The notes under the pieces were generated by a model that was given only the letters and a program-made list of their open reading frames with translations, ran no database searches and was not told the origin of the DNA. The position numbers and the translations under genes are program-made. Positions 1 through 7,814 of a stretch of DNA of 18,146 nucleotides are shown here, piece after piece. The stretch is taken from positions 1 through 18,146 of IMG/VR virus record IMGVR_UViG_2534682222_000018; one strand, written 5' to 3'. Each line of letters starts with the position of its first letter. Positions within the stretch are counted from its first letter, which is position 1. The DNA comes from a virus. Taxonomy: Duplodnaviria > Heunggongvirae > Uroviricota > Caudoviricetes.

Positions 1-765
1 CTATCGCGTGACTTTGTTCAACATCTGGTTTGCGTACTCTTCCTGCTTGATGCACTCACCTACCAGACTTTCGAAAAAATCCTTGTAAGACCTGCGCCAC
101 GTGGTTTCAGGTATATCCATCACCGTTACGCAGATGTATTTACGGACGCTATCAGGTAGCAATCTGGCATAACCACGCCCATTGCAGCGCGTACAGGTTT
201 TATATGCAGGAACTCCGCGCTGTAGAATAGTTTTCTCTTTGTCTAATACTGTTCCTTTGCCATTGCACTGGCATGCGTTGGTCAGAGCACCCTTCCCTTT
301 GCATTTGTGGCAAAGCACCTTAACCATCTCTCTTTTTTCGCTAAGGTGTGGCTGTCCGATATGCTTCATCGTCATTACTTCAGCTTCGACAAACTTATTT
401 CCATTGCAGCAGTCGCACGTTCTGGTACTGGCGGCGCTCCGGGAGTAATCAGCAAAGGCGAAAGTTGCGAGAACTTGCATTACCTTTGGCTTAACATCGC
501 TCTCAAGCTTGCGTAAGGCGGCAACCTTATCGCAGTGCTCAATTGCATATTTGGTCAGCAGGTCAATTGCTCGCTCGCGATCGTAATCGCTGATATCCAT
601 CTTACCGAGGAATGCACTGAACCCGAGATCAGCCCGGCTCTGTGTCATTCCGATCGCCGCCATGACATCCGTCCCGGTCAGCGAATCTGAACCAGTGGCG
701 CGTGGAGAGTCGCTAATAAGCGTCGACTTGGCGAAGTGATATTTCACGGTGTTTTCGAGGTTCAT
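1..765 (-). CDS. Q: Late-gene antiterminator Q (Cys-rich, zinc-binding lambdoid Q family)
   Basis: 254-aa ORF; stop TAG at 1-3 and ATG at 765 preceded by AGGAG. Several CxxC pairs (CDCC, CHKC, CQC, CTRC). Last gene of the nin operon, as in lambdoid phages. Confidence 0.7.
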   Translation of the reverse strand: MNLENTVKYHFAKSTLISDSPRATGSDSLTGTDVMAAIGMTQSRADLGFSAFLGKMDISDYDRERAIDLLTKYAIEHCDKVAALRKLESDVKPKVMQVLATFAFADYSRSAASTRTCDCCNGNKFVEAEVMTMKHIGQPHLSEKREMVKVLCHKCKGKGALTNACQCNGKGTVLDKEKTILQRGVPAYKTCTRCNGRGYARLLPDSVRKYICVTVMDIPETTWRRSYKDFFESLVGECIKQEEYANQMLNKVTR

Positions 766-898
766 TAGGCTGCTCCTGCTGAATGATAGATACGAACAAA
801 ATTACGAAGAATGCGATAATCCACCAGCACCGATCCCCGGTAGCGATAAATGCGAAGGCGCTGCCAGCGCGCGCGGAGTATCTCAAGCGTTTCTGGCT

Positions 899-1255
899 TC
901 ATTTGGCCTCCTCAATAATGATTTGCCCGGTTTCTCCCCAGATTTTGGTAACCCGTCCGTCCCAGACATGGCTATCCTCGTCAAACACTGCATCCAGCAA
1001 AGCTTTTTCCAGGTTGTCTTTGTCCGGCTTTTGTCGATGTGGCTTGCCGACATATTGCGCCCGCTTTGCCTTACTCCAGCTCTTTGGCATGGGGATAACG
1101 AACGTGACGTGATATCCGGACTCAGGCAGACGGATGCCGAGCAACCTGACCTGTTCTTTGTAAGCCCAGTACTCTGCCGTTGCTGGCCGTTTATGCCATC
1201 GGTCACGCTGAGTCATCCTGGGCTTGCCAATCGGCGTAATTTCGTAAATTTTCAT
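899..1255 (-). CDS. rusA: RusA-like Holliday junction resolvase
   Basis: 118-aa ORF with acidic motif PDKDNLEKALLDAVFDEDSHVWDG resembling the RusA catalytic Asp cluster. Its ATG overlaps the upstream stop (ATGA). Sits just upstream of Q, the usual rusA position. Confidence 0.5.
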   Translation of the reverse strand: MKIYEITPIGKPRMTQRDRWHKRPATAEYWAYKEQVRLLGIRLPESGYHVTFVIPMPKSWSKAKRAQYVGKPHRQKPDKDNLEKALLDAVFDEDSHVWDGRVTKIWGETGQIIIEEAK

Positions 1256-1536
1256 GCGGGCACCACCAGCCCGCGGCGGGCAACTTCAATCACTGTCAGA
1301 ACAATCGCGCGATCCATAAGCTGCCGGCGCTCTTCCCTGTTCAGCTTATTCCCGTTATCAATGCTGTCATGACAGCAAACGCAGAGCGCAGCTGTCGCAC
1401 AGTCATCAGTTTTTAATCCCATGCCTTTCCCTTCGTTCCGGTGTGCCACCTGCGTTCCCCATGCGCCACAAAGAACACAACGTTCGATCTGCCCGACTGC
1501 GGCGAGCCACTTCTTGCTGCGGTAGGTTTTACTCAT
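1252..1536 (-). CDS. DUF1364 (YbcO-like) Cys/His-rich nin-region protein
   Basis: Internal ATG at 1536 with RBS AAGGTGGTGAC, placed 5 nt after the phosphatase stop. Motifs [14 protein letters not shown] and CVCCHDSID match recalled YbcO/DUF1364. The longer track ORF (to 1614) overlaps the phosphatase gene and is rejected. Confidence 0.45.
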   Translation of the reverse strand: MSKTYRSKKWLAAVGQIERCVLCGAWGTQVAHRNEGKGMGLKTDDCATAALCVCCHDSIDNGNKLNREERRQLMDRAIVLTVIEVARRGLVVPA

Positions 1537-2197
1537 GGTCACCACCTTGCACCTGAACCAGCGTGAGGTTTCCGCAAAACACCGCTCCTGTGTCGATGTA
1601 CATCTGGTTGGCATACTTCAGGGGCTGGCGCGCTGGGGTGTGGCCGAAGATAAACAGATCAGCACCGGCTATCGTCGATACAATGCCGTCCTGTGCGTCG
1701 CTAACCCTCTCACGATTCCAGATGACCATATCTTTCGGGATGGGCTTATCGAACGCATATTCGTTATGCGGGTAGTCAGCGTGGCAGATAACGATTTTAC
1801 GCTCAGCGGTAACCAGCTCGATGACGAGTGGCAGCTCAGCTGCTTTGTGAACCAGAGCCTTAGCCAGCACTTCTTTGTCATAGTCGAGATTGAAGAACCA
1901 GCCGCCACCATTTGCCAACCAGTGATTGACGTTCCCATACTCCGATAGCCCATCAATCATCATCTGCTCATGGTTTCCTCGCACAGCCCGGAACCAAGGC
2001 ATAGTAATCAGCTCCAGGCACTCGACGTTTTCCGCGCCGCGGTCAACAAGGTCTCCAACCGAAATCAGCAAATCACACGCAGGGTCGAACGAAACTTTTC
2101 CGAGCTCATTCATCAGCAGCGTGTAGCACCCATGCAGATCGCCGACGACGAAAATATTGCGCCAGTCAGCGCCATTAATGCGTTGATACATGCTCAT
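1529..2197 (-). CDS. ninI: Ser/Thr protein phosphatase, lambda NinI (PP-lambda)-like metallophosphoesterase
   Basis: Canonical calcineurin-like motifs GDLHG, GDLVDRG and GNHE. Near-colinear with recalled lambda phosphatase ([40 protein letters not shown]). Start ATG 2197 has RBS GAGGAG and overlaps the upstream stop (ATGA). Confidence 0.9.
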   Translation of the reverse strand: MSMYQRINGADWRNIFVVGDLHGCYTLLMNELGKVSFDPACDLLISVGDLVDRGAENVECLELITMPWFRAVRGNHEQMMIDGLSEYGNVNHWLANGGGWFFNLDYDKEVLAKALVHKAAELPLVIELVTAERKIVICHADYPHNEYAFDKPIPKDMVIWNRERVSDAQDGIVSTIAGADLFIFGHTPARQPLKYANQMYIDTGAVFCGNLTLVQVQGGDHE

Positions 2198-2364
2198 GCA
2201 GATTTTCTCCTCGCCGCGAGACGCAGCCATTTCTGATCCACCAGGCGGGCGGTGTAGTCTTTCAGGGTCGGGATATCGGACGGCTTAACCGCGGGCTTAG
2301 GCTTGCGGCGCGCCGGAACGCGAAAGATTTCGTTTGTGATGACGCGGGAAAGTGGAGTTGACAT
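2194..2364 (-). CDS. ninE: NinE-like small basic protein
   Basis: 56-aa ORF below the track size cutoff, translated by hand: [65 protein letters not shown]. The RKPKP and W.R...RRK motifs resemble recalled lambda NinE. Coupled to both neighbours. Confidence 0.45.
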   Translation of the reverse strand: MSTPLSRVITNEIFRVPARRKPKPAVKPSDIPTLKDYTARLVDQKWLRLAARRKSA

Positions 2365-2819
2365 CAGGCCTCCTGCTTATCGCGCAGCACCTGAAATTCG
2401 CTGCTTTGAGGGATTGTGAGCACCAGGCCAAACTGAGCGCACCAGCCTTCCACCTGGCACATGAAATGGTGCATGTCGCCAGTGTCCAGATCGGACGTGT
2501 GGCGGAGTTCTAATTCAATCGTCTTAATTCCGGTGACGAAATCGGTGTACTCAACCTCTTCATAACCCAGATAAGTTTTTTTGAGGTTTCGCTTTACCCA
2601 TGCAGGCGTTGCGTCAGTGCGCCCAGACTTGATCAGGTAGTCGCTTATTTCCTTGTACCAAACGTGGCTCAGACTATTTTGTGAAAGGCTTCTCTTCTCG
2701 CGCCAGTCTTTGAGTTGGAGCCGGAAGCACTCACCGTTTTCGAGAAGTGGCTTCAGATGCTGAGTGATAGCACCAAGATTTCCACGGTGTAGCTTGATGC
2801 CGTCTTTGGGGATAATCAT
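2364..2819 (-). CDS. ninB: NinB (Orf-family recombination mediator)
   Basis: Start taken at the internal ATG 2819 with RBS AAGGAGG; the longer track ORF runs to 2867. Contains RSLSQNS, similar to the recalled lambda NinB RSLDQNR region. Stop overlaps the NinE-like start (TGATG). Confidence 0.65.
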   Translation of the reverse strand: MIIPKDGIKLHRGNLGAITQHLKPLLENGECFRLQLKDWREKRSLSQNSLSHVWYKEISDYLIKSGRTDATPAWVKRNLKKTYLGYEEVEYTDFVTGIKTIELELRHTSDLDTGDMHHFMCQVEGWCAQFGLVLTIPQSSEFQVLRDKQEA

Positions 2820-3003
2820 ACGGCCTCCTTGACGGAAACCGCAGAATGCAGAAAATCGCAGGTGCATTTCTGCATCTGTGACAAGGTGAGGAGTTCAGAT
2901 TGTTGTCGCATTTAAGTCCCCTTAAATGCGAAGAAGTCATCGAAGTTGTTCAGGCTCCGATGACATGATTATAACATCACTTTTGAAAAATGATTATCAA
3001 GAA

Positions 3004-3672
3004 TCACTCTAACTTCGGCGCTGCTTCAATCATCCTGCGATAGACATTGTAAGTTCCGAATTGTTCATCACCAGCCTCAAGCATTTCATGGGTTGGATCT
3101 TCTGGCACCATCACCCAACCATCAGGAATCACCGGAGAGTTGCCACCCTGAACAGTAGGCATATCCGGACCTTTGCGAATCGCCCTGGCAAGATCGATTG
3201 GGTCATCGTACAACCAGTCACCTGTTTGCGGATGATTGGCTTCTGCCAATTGTGCAGCCCACTCCAGGCCGTCTTTGTGTCCTTGCAGATAGTCCAGCGG
3301 TAACTCATCACTATTACTTACAGGTTCGGCCTGAAGCATGGCGGCGCGATAGGCGTTCCAGCCGACAGCTTTTCCGTGTTCAAACGCGCTGTCAAAGTCA
3401 TCATCCATTTCCATCGCAGCGGGCACAGATACCGGCGCTGGCGGGGCGGTGTAAAGCGGCGTTACTTCTCGCAGCGGGTCGGCATAAGCATTGCCACTAT
3501 CGAAGCTGACGTTGTTTTTTGCCCCGCCTCCTGACAGCAACCACGCCACCGGCTCCGCTTCGAGCGATGCCAGCGCAATCCGTGCCAGTTCCATTTGTTC
3601 ACCACGGGTAAGCCCGTTTTCAAGCGGATTTTTAATGAACAATTCAATACGTTCTTTGGTAATAGTGCTCAT
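3004..3672 (-). CDS. Hypothetical protein (accessory insert in the nin region)
   Basis: 222-aa ORF; ATG 3672 with RBS GGTGAGGA, 3 nt after the upstream stop. Pro/Ala-rich linker (TAPPAPVSVPAA) and acidic C-terminal half. No family recognised. Confidence 0.6.
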   Translation of the reverse strand: MSTITKERIELFIKNPLENGLTRGEQMELARIALASLEAEPVAWLLSGGGAKNNVSFDSGNAYADPLREVTPLYTAPPAPVSVPAAMEMDDDFDSAFEHGKAVGWNAYRAAMLQAEPVSNSDELPLDYLQGHKDGLEWAAQLAEANHPQTGDWLYDDPIDLARAIRKGPDMPTVQGGNSPVIPDGWVMVPEDPTHEMLEAGDEQFGTYNVYRRMIEAAPKLE

Positions 3673-3675
3673 GGG

Positions 3676-4107
3676 TTAGTCCTCACCTTTCTGTTGCACT
3701 ACCGGAACCGATAAATCGACGCACCAGGAGATAACGCCGAATTGATCATCGTTCTGCGCTTCACCCCAAACGTAATATTTTGATCCTGGCCGACCCATTG
3801 CCGGGTCAAATACTTCTATGCCGCGTTCTGCCGTTAACGACATCAGAATCTGATGCAGGCCGCCTTTGATGTTCAGTGACGGAACGGTCAGGAAGTAAAT
3901 AAACCCGTAAAGCAATTCGGCCTTGCGCTGGCTTCCGTAAAAATACGGGATTTTGTAATAATCCAGCGCGTCGTCGAGCCAGTCTGTTTTGTCGTGGAAT
4001 TTCTGATGCCAGCGTTCCACTACCTCATCGACAGATTGACCGGCAACCATTGCAACGCAGGTAGCCATGCAGGTGTTAAATGTTGGCTGCATTTGATGTT
4101 GAAGCAT
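3676..4107 (-). CDS. Hypothetical protein, possible C39-like papain-fold cysteine peptidase
   Basis: 143 aa from ATG 4107 (the track starts at GTG 4110). Candidate Cys-His-Asp order: QMQPTFNTCMATCVAMVAG, GGLHQILM, VFDPAMG. Start overlaps the upstream stop (TGATG). Confidence 0.4.
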   Translation of the reverse strand: MLQHQMQPTFNTCMATCVAMVAGQSVDEVVERWHQKFHDKTDWLDDALDYYKIPYFYGSQRKAELLYGFIYFLTVPSLNIKGGLHQILMSLTAERGIEVFDPAMGRPGSKYYVWGEAQNDDQFGVISWCVDLSVPVVQQKGED

Positions 4108-4655
4108 CACTCCCCCTTACCGATGCCAGCGGCGCGGTCTATGCGTTCGATTTCAGCCAGAATTAAATCCCCTGCTTTTACCAGGTTGCGACGGCGGGCA
4201 TTTGGCTTCCACCATGAAGCATCCCAAGGCCACCCCCACGGCTTGCCACCATTGCGGTTAACAGTTCCTGTTTCGTTTATGTAACAAACCGCCGCCATTG
4301 CCAGTTCCCCGTTGCAGTGTTCGTCATCATGCTCTGGCATCCACCCCTCAACCGATTGTTGCCGCTGGCGCTCTGCTATCACATCCAGAATTGCAGGATT
4401 GAATGCACGCGCTTCCAGTTCTGCAATGCGCTTCTCTGCGGCTTCCAGCGATGCCAGCAGCGCCAGCACGGTGGCGGGGTTGGCTGCGGCGATAAATGCA
4501 GCATCACGCGCTTCGTTTTCACTGAATACCATGGCTATTTGCTCATGGTTCACGCCGTCAGTGGAGTAAATCTCATCGTCGAACTCAACAGCCCACCGGC
4601 CTTTCGTCGCCTTCTCCGCCGCTTCACGCAGAGCCTGGTAATTAATCTCGCTCAC
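4107..4655 (-). CDS. Ead/Ea22-like protein with C-terminal DUF550 (dATP/dGTP pyrophosphohydrolase-like) domain
   Basis: N-terminus MSEINYQALREAAEKAT plus coiled-coil AEKRIAELEAR is the recalled Ead/Ea22 signature. C-terminus has WMPEHDDEH, WGWPWD and ILAEIERIDR. GTG start 4655 with RBS AAAGGAGG overlaps the upstream stop (GTGA). Confidence 0.55.
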   Translation of the reverse strand: MSEINYQALREAAEKATKGRWAVEFDDEIYSTDGVNHEQIAMVFSENEARDAAFIAAANPATVLALLASLEAAEKRIAELEARAFNPAILDVIAERQRQQSVEGWMPEHDDEHCNGELAMAAVCYINETGTVNRNGGKPWGWPWDASWWKPNARRRNLVKAGDLILAEIERIDRAAGIGKGE

Positions 4656-5359
4656 TGGTTGCCTCCTTTGCGAAGCTGGGCGGCGATATCTTCGAGAACG
4701 CCATCAGAGAATGAGCGGTCAAAATCGCCTTCCGGCGCATTAGCCATAAACTCAGTAGAGGTAAGAATCATCCTGGCAATATCCGCGGCGTTCTTTGCAG
4801 TATCATCAATAAAACCAGCTTCCCAGGCAGCCAGCATTCTGTTCGCCACAAAGTAAGCTCCCTCCTTGCGTGCTTCAGTCTTCACTTCAGCCAGGAAGGC
4901 GTCGGTTGCTGGGGTTTCAGGAATAGTGTCTGGAATAACTTCTGAGTAAATGCGATCCATTGCTTCGAGCCATCCATATTCACAGGCGTTATAACCGTCA
5001 GTCTGAAGACCGTTATCCTCAACACCACAGCCCATTCCGATGCTTTGATAATCAGGCTCGTTACTGCGGTCAATCACTGCTGATAGAGTGCCTTTCAGCC
5101 CCGCATTCTCCGCCGCCAGCTCCCTGCACTTGCTCTCGGCGTTAGCGAGCTGTACTGCCATGTCTGTGACTTCGGCTTCAAGTTTTTCAGCATATTCAAT
5201 CAGGAGATCGATTCTTTCCGGCGTTACGGTTTTAACGTATTTGCAAATCGATGACGCATAATTATCATCCTGGAGTGTGCCAGCCAGGCCATTACAAAAT
5301 TTGCGGTTCCCTTTTGTCGCCTTGATATCGGCGATGATTTTTTTAACATCTGGTTTCAT
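4652..5359 (-). CDS. Hypothetical coiled-coil protein (accessory)
   Basis: 235 aa from the internal ATG 5359 with RBS GGGAGGG; overlaps the ren stop (ATGA). The upstream part of the track ORF overlaps ren in another frame and is rejected. Central coiled coil (EKLEAEVTDMAVQLANAESKCRELAAENAGLK). Confidence 0.5.
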   Translation of the reverse strand: MKPDVKKIIADIKATKGNRKFCNGLAGTLQDDNYASSICKYVKTVTPERIDLLIEYAEKLEAEVTDMAVQLANAESKCRELAAENAGLKGTLSAVIDRSNEPDYQSIGMGCGVEDNGLQTDGYNACEYGWLEAMDRIYSEVIPDTIPETPATDAFLAEVKTEARKEGAYFVANRMLAAWEAGFIDDTAKNAADIARMILTSTEFMANAPEGDFDRSFSDGVLEDIAAQLRKGGNQ

Positions 5360-5655
5360 GCTGACACCCTCCCGTAAAACGCCAGTACACGCTGCATCGC
5401 CGGGCTGTTCCGGCACTCCTGAAATATTCCGTTGGTGCAGCTGCGTGCGGTACCGGCCTGCTCTTCCTGCGTGGCCAGGCGATAAGTCACCGTTCGCCAG
5501 ACCTTGCTCACCCGGACAATCTTGCGGGCCCGCTCCAGATCGATAGCGTTCTTCGTGATGCAGTTGATGGTCATGCCGCACTCTGTGGCCACATCCTTCG
5601 CGGTAAAGGTCCTGTGCGTTTCGAGATAACGCAGAATTGCCTGTTTGCCTTTCAT
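5356..5655 (-). CDS. ren: Ren-like protein
   Basis: 99 aa (MKGKQAILRYLETH...). ATG 5655 overlaps the P stop (ATGA), as ren follows P in lambda. Resembles the recalled lambda Ren pattern (VWRTV.YR.AT.EE, ECR.S.AM.RVL). Confidence 0.45.
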   Translation of the reverse strand: MKGKQAILRYLETHRTFTAKDVATECGMTINCITKNAIDLERARKIVRVSKVWRTVTYRLATQEEQAGTARSCTNGIFQECRNSPAMQRVLAFYGRVSA

Positions 5656-6431
5656 TGGATAAGCCCTCTCTCTTTCCCGCGCTGATACTCTTCCCAAAGC
5701 CATTGGGCCGGGGTTAGAGCTCCGAGAGTCGCTGCGTTTGGCATGCACCCGAAGCTTTTTCCTTCCGGGTGATAACCGGCCTGACGGCTCACGTGATTTG
5801 TCGGGATCACTTCATCAGAATTCTCGAGCGCCAGGACGGGGGATGGTATTTTTTCCCCACCAGCAACTTTCAGCGCCCATTCCTCAAGTTTTTTTGACGC
5901 GTATTTTTCAGTTTCAGCCTCGCTCAGCTGGCGCTGGTACATCGCTCTGCGCGTATCGGTCACAATCCAGTACATGACGTCATGAGACCACGGGAAAGCT
6001 TCTGCTCCGCCGGTATGCAGCCCTTTTTCGCGGCTATACCGATGGAACTCATTCATCACATCAGCCAGGCCAATGCCAAGTACCGTGCCGCTATCCTTGC
6101 ACCATTTGATGAATTGCCCCGGAGAAGGCCAGAAGGGTGATTCACTGGCGCGGGCATGCCGTACACCTGCGGAAAGTTGTTCGCGGGTGCGGATCCCATT
6201 CTCTGAAAACGCTGCGATCCACTGACGCTTTGCCGTTTTCTCGTCTGCGTCAGTTTTCAGGTTTGTCTGCGTAGACGCAGGGAAAATCTGCTTCAGCTGC
6301 CGAAATAGAGAATCAACAAGCCCCTCAGCCTCAGGGTTGATAACCTTCTGCTGGTCGGTACTTCCGTTCGCCATTCTGGAAAGTAGCGCACCATCACGGC
6401 CGTTAACGGCTTGCATAATCTGATTATTCAC
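5652..6431 (-). CDS. P: Replication protein P-like (DnaB helicase loader)
   Basis: RQWIAAFSENGIRTREQLSAGVRHARASESPFWPSPGQFIKWC matches recalled lambda P (RRQWVLAFRENGITTMEQVNAGMRVARRQNRPFLPSPGQFVAWC). Start taken at GTG 6431 (SD GGGAGGA, 6-nt spacer, GTGA overlap with the O stop). The track ATG at 6446 has no usable spacer. Confidence 0.75.
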   Translation of the reverse strand: MNNQIMQAVNGRDGALLSRMANGSTDQQKVINPEAEGLVDSLFRQLKQIFPASTQTNLKTDADEKTAKRQWIAAFSENGIRTREQLSAGVRHARASESPFWPSPGQFIKWCKDSGTVLGIGLADVMNEFHRYSREKGLHTGGAEAFPWSHDVMYWIVTDTRRAMYQRQLSEAETEKYASKKLEEWALKVAGGEKIPSPVLALENSDEVIPTNHVSRQAGYHPEGKSFGCMPNAATLGALTPAQWLWEEYQRGKERGLIQ

Positions 6432-7162
6432 AGGAAGTCCTCCCATCCCTCGCGGCTGTTCCAGTGAGGCGTTTCCTGCTCGGCACGACCACGCTTAGCC
6501 AGCGGGTTAACCCTGGCATTCCGGATCCAGACTCTGAAAGCCGAATTCCAGTCGATTAGCTGCGTGCCACGGGAAAGGTGATAGTCCCGGAAGTTCAGCA
6601 GCTCAGTTTCAATGCTCACCCCCTTCTCGGCAGCCATAGCAATGTGATCTGCCGACGGCTTAAACAGGGGCGGGAATGGAATCTCCCCGTTTGGTGAAAT
6701 CCCGATCCGCCGCTTAGCGGCTTCGCTCATAAAACCATCGCGCCCAGAGAGAGAGTTAGGTTCAGTGACTGGTTCAAAAGAGTGACTGGTTCTGGTGCCA
6801 TCTGGTGGCACAGGGGGTGTGCAATCAGATGGCATAGGGTGTGCTTCTTCGTGGCATACCCCTGTGCAATTTAATGGCATAGGGGTGGCATCTAATTTCA
6901 GGTAATACACATTTGACGTGTTACCTTTTCCGTTGTTGACGCCAACACGGTTCTCACGCCTGATAAGCCCCATTTCTTCAAGCGCATCAATATGGTTACG
7001 AACAGCCGTTCTGCTGCATTCGCATTGGTCGGCGATATGTTGATACGAAGGCCAGCATTCGCCTTTATCGTTGGCGTTATCGGCCAACTTAATCAGGACG
7101 AGCTTACGCAGTGAGTTTCCCACTTTGACCCCCATTGCTTTCGCCATAAGTGACATGCTCAC
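6428..7162 (-). CDS. O: Replication initiator, O-like (N-terminal winged-HTH, Pro-rich linker)
   Basis: 244-aa ORF directly upstream of and coupled to P. N-terminal HTH region (LKLVLIKLADNANDKGECWPSYQHIADQCECSRTAVRNHIDALEEMGLI). Iteron-like repeats lie inside the gene. Start is GTG 7162 (RBS GGAGG, 6-nt spacer) or ATG 7156. Confidence 0.6.
   Translation of the reverse strand: MSMSLMAKAMGVKVGNSLRKLVLIKLADNANDKGECWPSYQHIADQCECSRTAVRNHIDALEEMGLIRRENRVGVNNGKGNTSNVYYLKLDATPMPLNCTGVCHEEAHPMPSDCTPPVPPDGTRTSHSFEPVTEPNSLSGRDGFMSEAAKRRIGISPNGEIPFPPLFKPSADHIAMAAEKGVSIETELLNFRDYHLSRGTQLIDWNSAFRVWIRNARVNPLAKRGRAEQETPHWNSREGWEDFL
6764..6893. repeat. Iteron-like repeat cluster inside the O gene (putative ori)
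   Basis: 12-bp direct repeat AGTGACTGGTTC at 6764-6775 and 6781-6792. Four or more TGGCA(C/T)A(G/C)GGG-type units at 6807, 6831, 6853 and 6876 (period 22-24 bp), followed by an A/T-rich stretch. Confidence 0.5.
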
Positions 7163-7286
7163 GTGCTACCTCCGGTTTGTTTACTCTCTTCGATTTACCT
7201 GGCATAATTGCCTCGCAATTGACTGACGTTTATTGCACCTGAAAGCCGTTGGTGTTAGCGCACCGCGGCTTTCGCCCTTTCTGCGT

Positions 7287-7508
7287 TCATGCTTCAAAAT
7301 CTCCCTTCACTCCATCCCTGTTCGAAATCAGGATGGCCAGCAGCAGCGACATGTTCGGTACCAGGTTTTCCCGCCACCGGCTGACTGTGGATTTGTTGAT
7401 GCCAGCTACTTCGGCTATCCGGGCGGTACCCAGATCAGCGATTTGACGCTGCACCCAGCTCTCAATTCGTCGTGCCTCCGCTTTGTTGCGTGTCGTTAAG
7501 GTCTCCAT
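7287..7508 (-). CDS. cII: CII-like transcriptional activator
   Basis: 73 aa. RNKAEARRIESWVQRQIADLGTARIAEVAGINKSTVSRWRENLVPNMSLLLAILI aligns with recalled lambda CII. ATG 7508 with RBS GAGGAA. Located just downstream of cro. Confidence 0.7.
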   Translation of the reverse strand: METLTTRNKAEARRIESWVQRQIADLGTARIAEVAGINKSTVSRWRENLVPNMSLLLAILISNRDGVKGDFEA

Positions 7509-7548
7509 TTGCGATAATTCCTCTGATTTAATTGGTTATGGCCGCCGG

Positions 7549-7794
7549 TCAGGCGGCATGTGAATCTTGTTTAATTCGGTCAGGGTTAGCTGCTTGACGG
7601 AGCCATTCAGCCGTAAACTGCCCATTTGATGCGTCAGCCAAAAGCTGCGAATAGTTGGTTTTCTCTGTGTACTCAGTACGAGGCAGCGCCGCGTTCTTCA
7701 CCCACTTGTGAATAGCAACGTTCGATAGGCCACACAGGCGAGCAGCAGCGGTTTGACCGCCTACAGCTTCGATTGCAAATTGCATTGGGTTCAT
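7549..7794 (-). CDS. cro: Cro-like HTH regulator (Cro/YdaS type)
   Basis: 81 aa with HTH GQTAAARLCGLSNVAIHKW. Transcribed divergently from the cI-like gene across an operator-rich 84-bp spacer. Confidence 0.6.
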   Translation of the reverse strand: MNPMQFAIEAVGGQTAAARLCGLSNVAIHKWVKNAALPRTEYTEKTNYSQLLADASNGQFTAEWLRQAANPDRIKQDSHAA

Positions 7795-7814
7795 AGTGTT
7801 TTCCGTTAACTATA

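Noticed and set aside
749-1372. 207-aa plus-strand ORF, with the overlapping 783-1112 plus and 883-1206 minus ORFs
   Set aside because: Antisense or out of frame to the well-supported Q, RusA-like and DUF1364 genes; no RBS; low-complexity translations.
4317-4856. 179-aa plus-strand ORF
   Set aside because: Antisense to the Ead/Ea22-like and coiled-coil genes, which have strong RBSs and recognisable motifs; Cys/Arg-rich translation typical of a non-coding frame.
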